Below, piece by piece: positions 24,124 through 24,387 of a stretch of 24,387 bases of DNA. The position numbers and the translations under genes are program-made. Within the stretch, counting starts at the first letter, position 1. Every line of letters starts with the position of its first letter. This DNA comes from an uncultured Acidimicrobiaceae bacterium (GTDB taxonomy: Bacteria; Actinomycetota; Acidimicrobiia; Acidimicrobiales; SZUA-35): the NCBI GenBank assembly GCA_964551835.1, contig CAZKEM010000046.1, positions 1 through 24,387 of the forward strand, written 5' to 3'. Below the pieces are notes generated by a model. That model was not told the DNA's origin and ran no database searches. It was given only the letters and a program-made list of their open reading frames with translations.

Positions 24124-24387
24124 ATGGCAGATTACCCGACTATTGTTACCTTTGAACCGATGACTCAACCTACCTCTGCCACCATCAAAGAACATATACT
24201 CGAAGGCGAAACCGTCGACGGGCCTATGGCCATTTTGCATAAACGGCCCGACGACGCCGTGGACTACCCGTCGGTGGTCATGTTCCATGACGGACCAGGT
24301 GTCCGATCTGCCACCCACGAATTTGCCGCAAAACTCGCCGGCAGCGGCTTCGAGGTCTACGTGCCCGACCTCTATCATCGCCATGGG
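24124..24387 (+). CDS. dienelactone hydrolase family protein (5' partial, runs off the window end)
   Basis: Manual translation from ATG 24124: MADYPTIVTFEPMTQ...AILHKRPDDAVDYPSVVMFHDGPGVRSATHEFAAKLAGSGFEVYVPDLYHRHG, a typical dienelactone hydrolase N-terminus. It is divergent from the AraC gene and absent from the ORF track because no stop lies in the window. Confidence 0.7.
   Translation, partial: MADYPTIVTFEPMTQPTSATIKEHILEGETVDGPMAILHKRPDDAVDYPSVVMFHDGPGVRSATHEFAAKLAGSGFEVYVPDLYHRHG

Noticed and set aside
24088-24384. 98-aa minus-strand ORF at the window end
   Set aside because: It is antisense to a plus-strand partial CDS whose translation is a clear dienelactone-hydrolase N-terminus. 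The minus-strand translation is Gly/Arg/His-rich with no motif.
1-24387. Search for CRISPR arrays, tRNA/rRNA genes, IS elements and integrase genes
   Set aside because: No tandem spaced repeats of 25-40 bp were found. No GGTTCGAATCC-type T-loop in a cloverleaf context, no transposase or integrase-like ORFs, and no obvious terminal inverted repeats. None are called.

Overview
This is 24.4 kb of high-GC, actinobacterial-type chromosomal DNA. The type call rests on frequent GTG/TTG starts, lipobox signal peptides and ATGA/GTGA stop-start overlaps. I support about 22 protein-coding genes. I see no rRNA, tRNA, CRISPR array or transposase/IS element.

Genes in order:
- LarA-like/DUF-type protein (+).
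- A decayed P-loop kinase fragment (-).
- A stand-alone cNMP-binding domain protein with a downstream hairpin terminator (+).
- azlC-azlD, overlapping (+).
- A tight minus-strand operon: SDR remnant (no catalytic YxxxK) / APH-ChoK-like kinase / inositol-monophosphatase-family phosphatase.
- An acidic lipoprotein (+).
- A class I SAM methyltransferase (+).
- A carboxymuconolactone-decarboxylase (AhpD-like) protein (-).
- A minus-strand envelope-sensing module: BNR/Ycf48-like beta-propeller lipoprotein, OmpR-family response regulator, intramembrane-sensing histidine kinase (ATGA-coupled to the regulator), and a Pro-rich polytopic membrane protein. A perfect 7-4-7 direct repeat (TGTGCAG-ATTC-TGTGCAG) sits upstream of the regulator.
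- An AraC regulator (-).
- A 5' partial dienelactone hydrolase (+).

The most interesting region is a plus-strand three-gene cassette at 15569-23301. It encodes an NfeD/YqiJ-like OB-fold membrane protein, a long flotillin (SPFH) protein, and a translationally coupled 1641-aa protein. The only recognisable module in that large protein is a C-terminal MoxR/dynein-class AAA+ ATPase. The cassette is transcribed divergently from the lipoprotein-two-component operon. The AT-rich intergenic region between them carries a 21-nt palindrome and phased direct repeats.

I read this cassette as a candidate flotillin-microdomain remodelling/envelope-stress system. Novelty cannot be verified without database searches.
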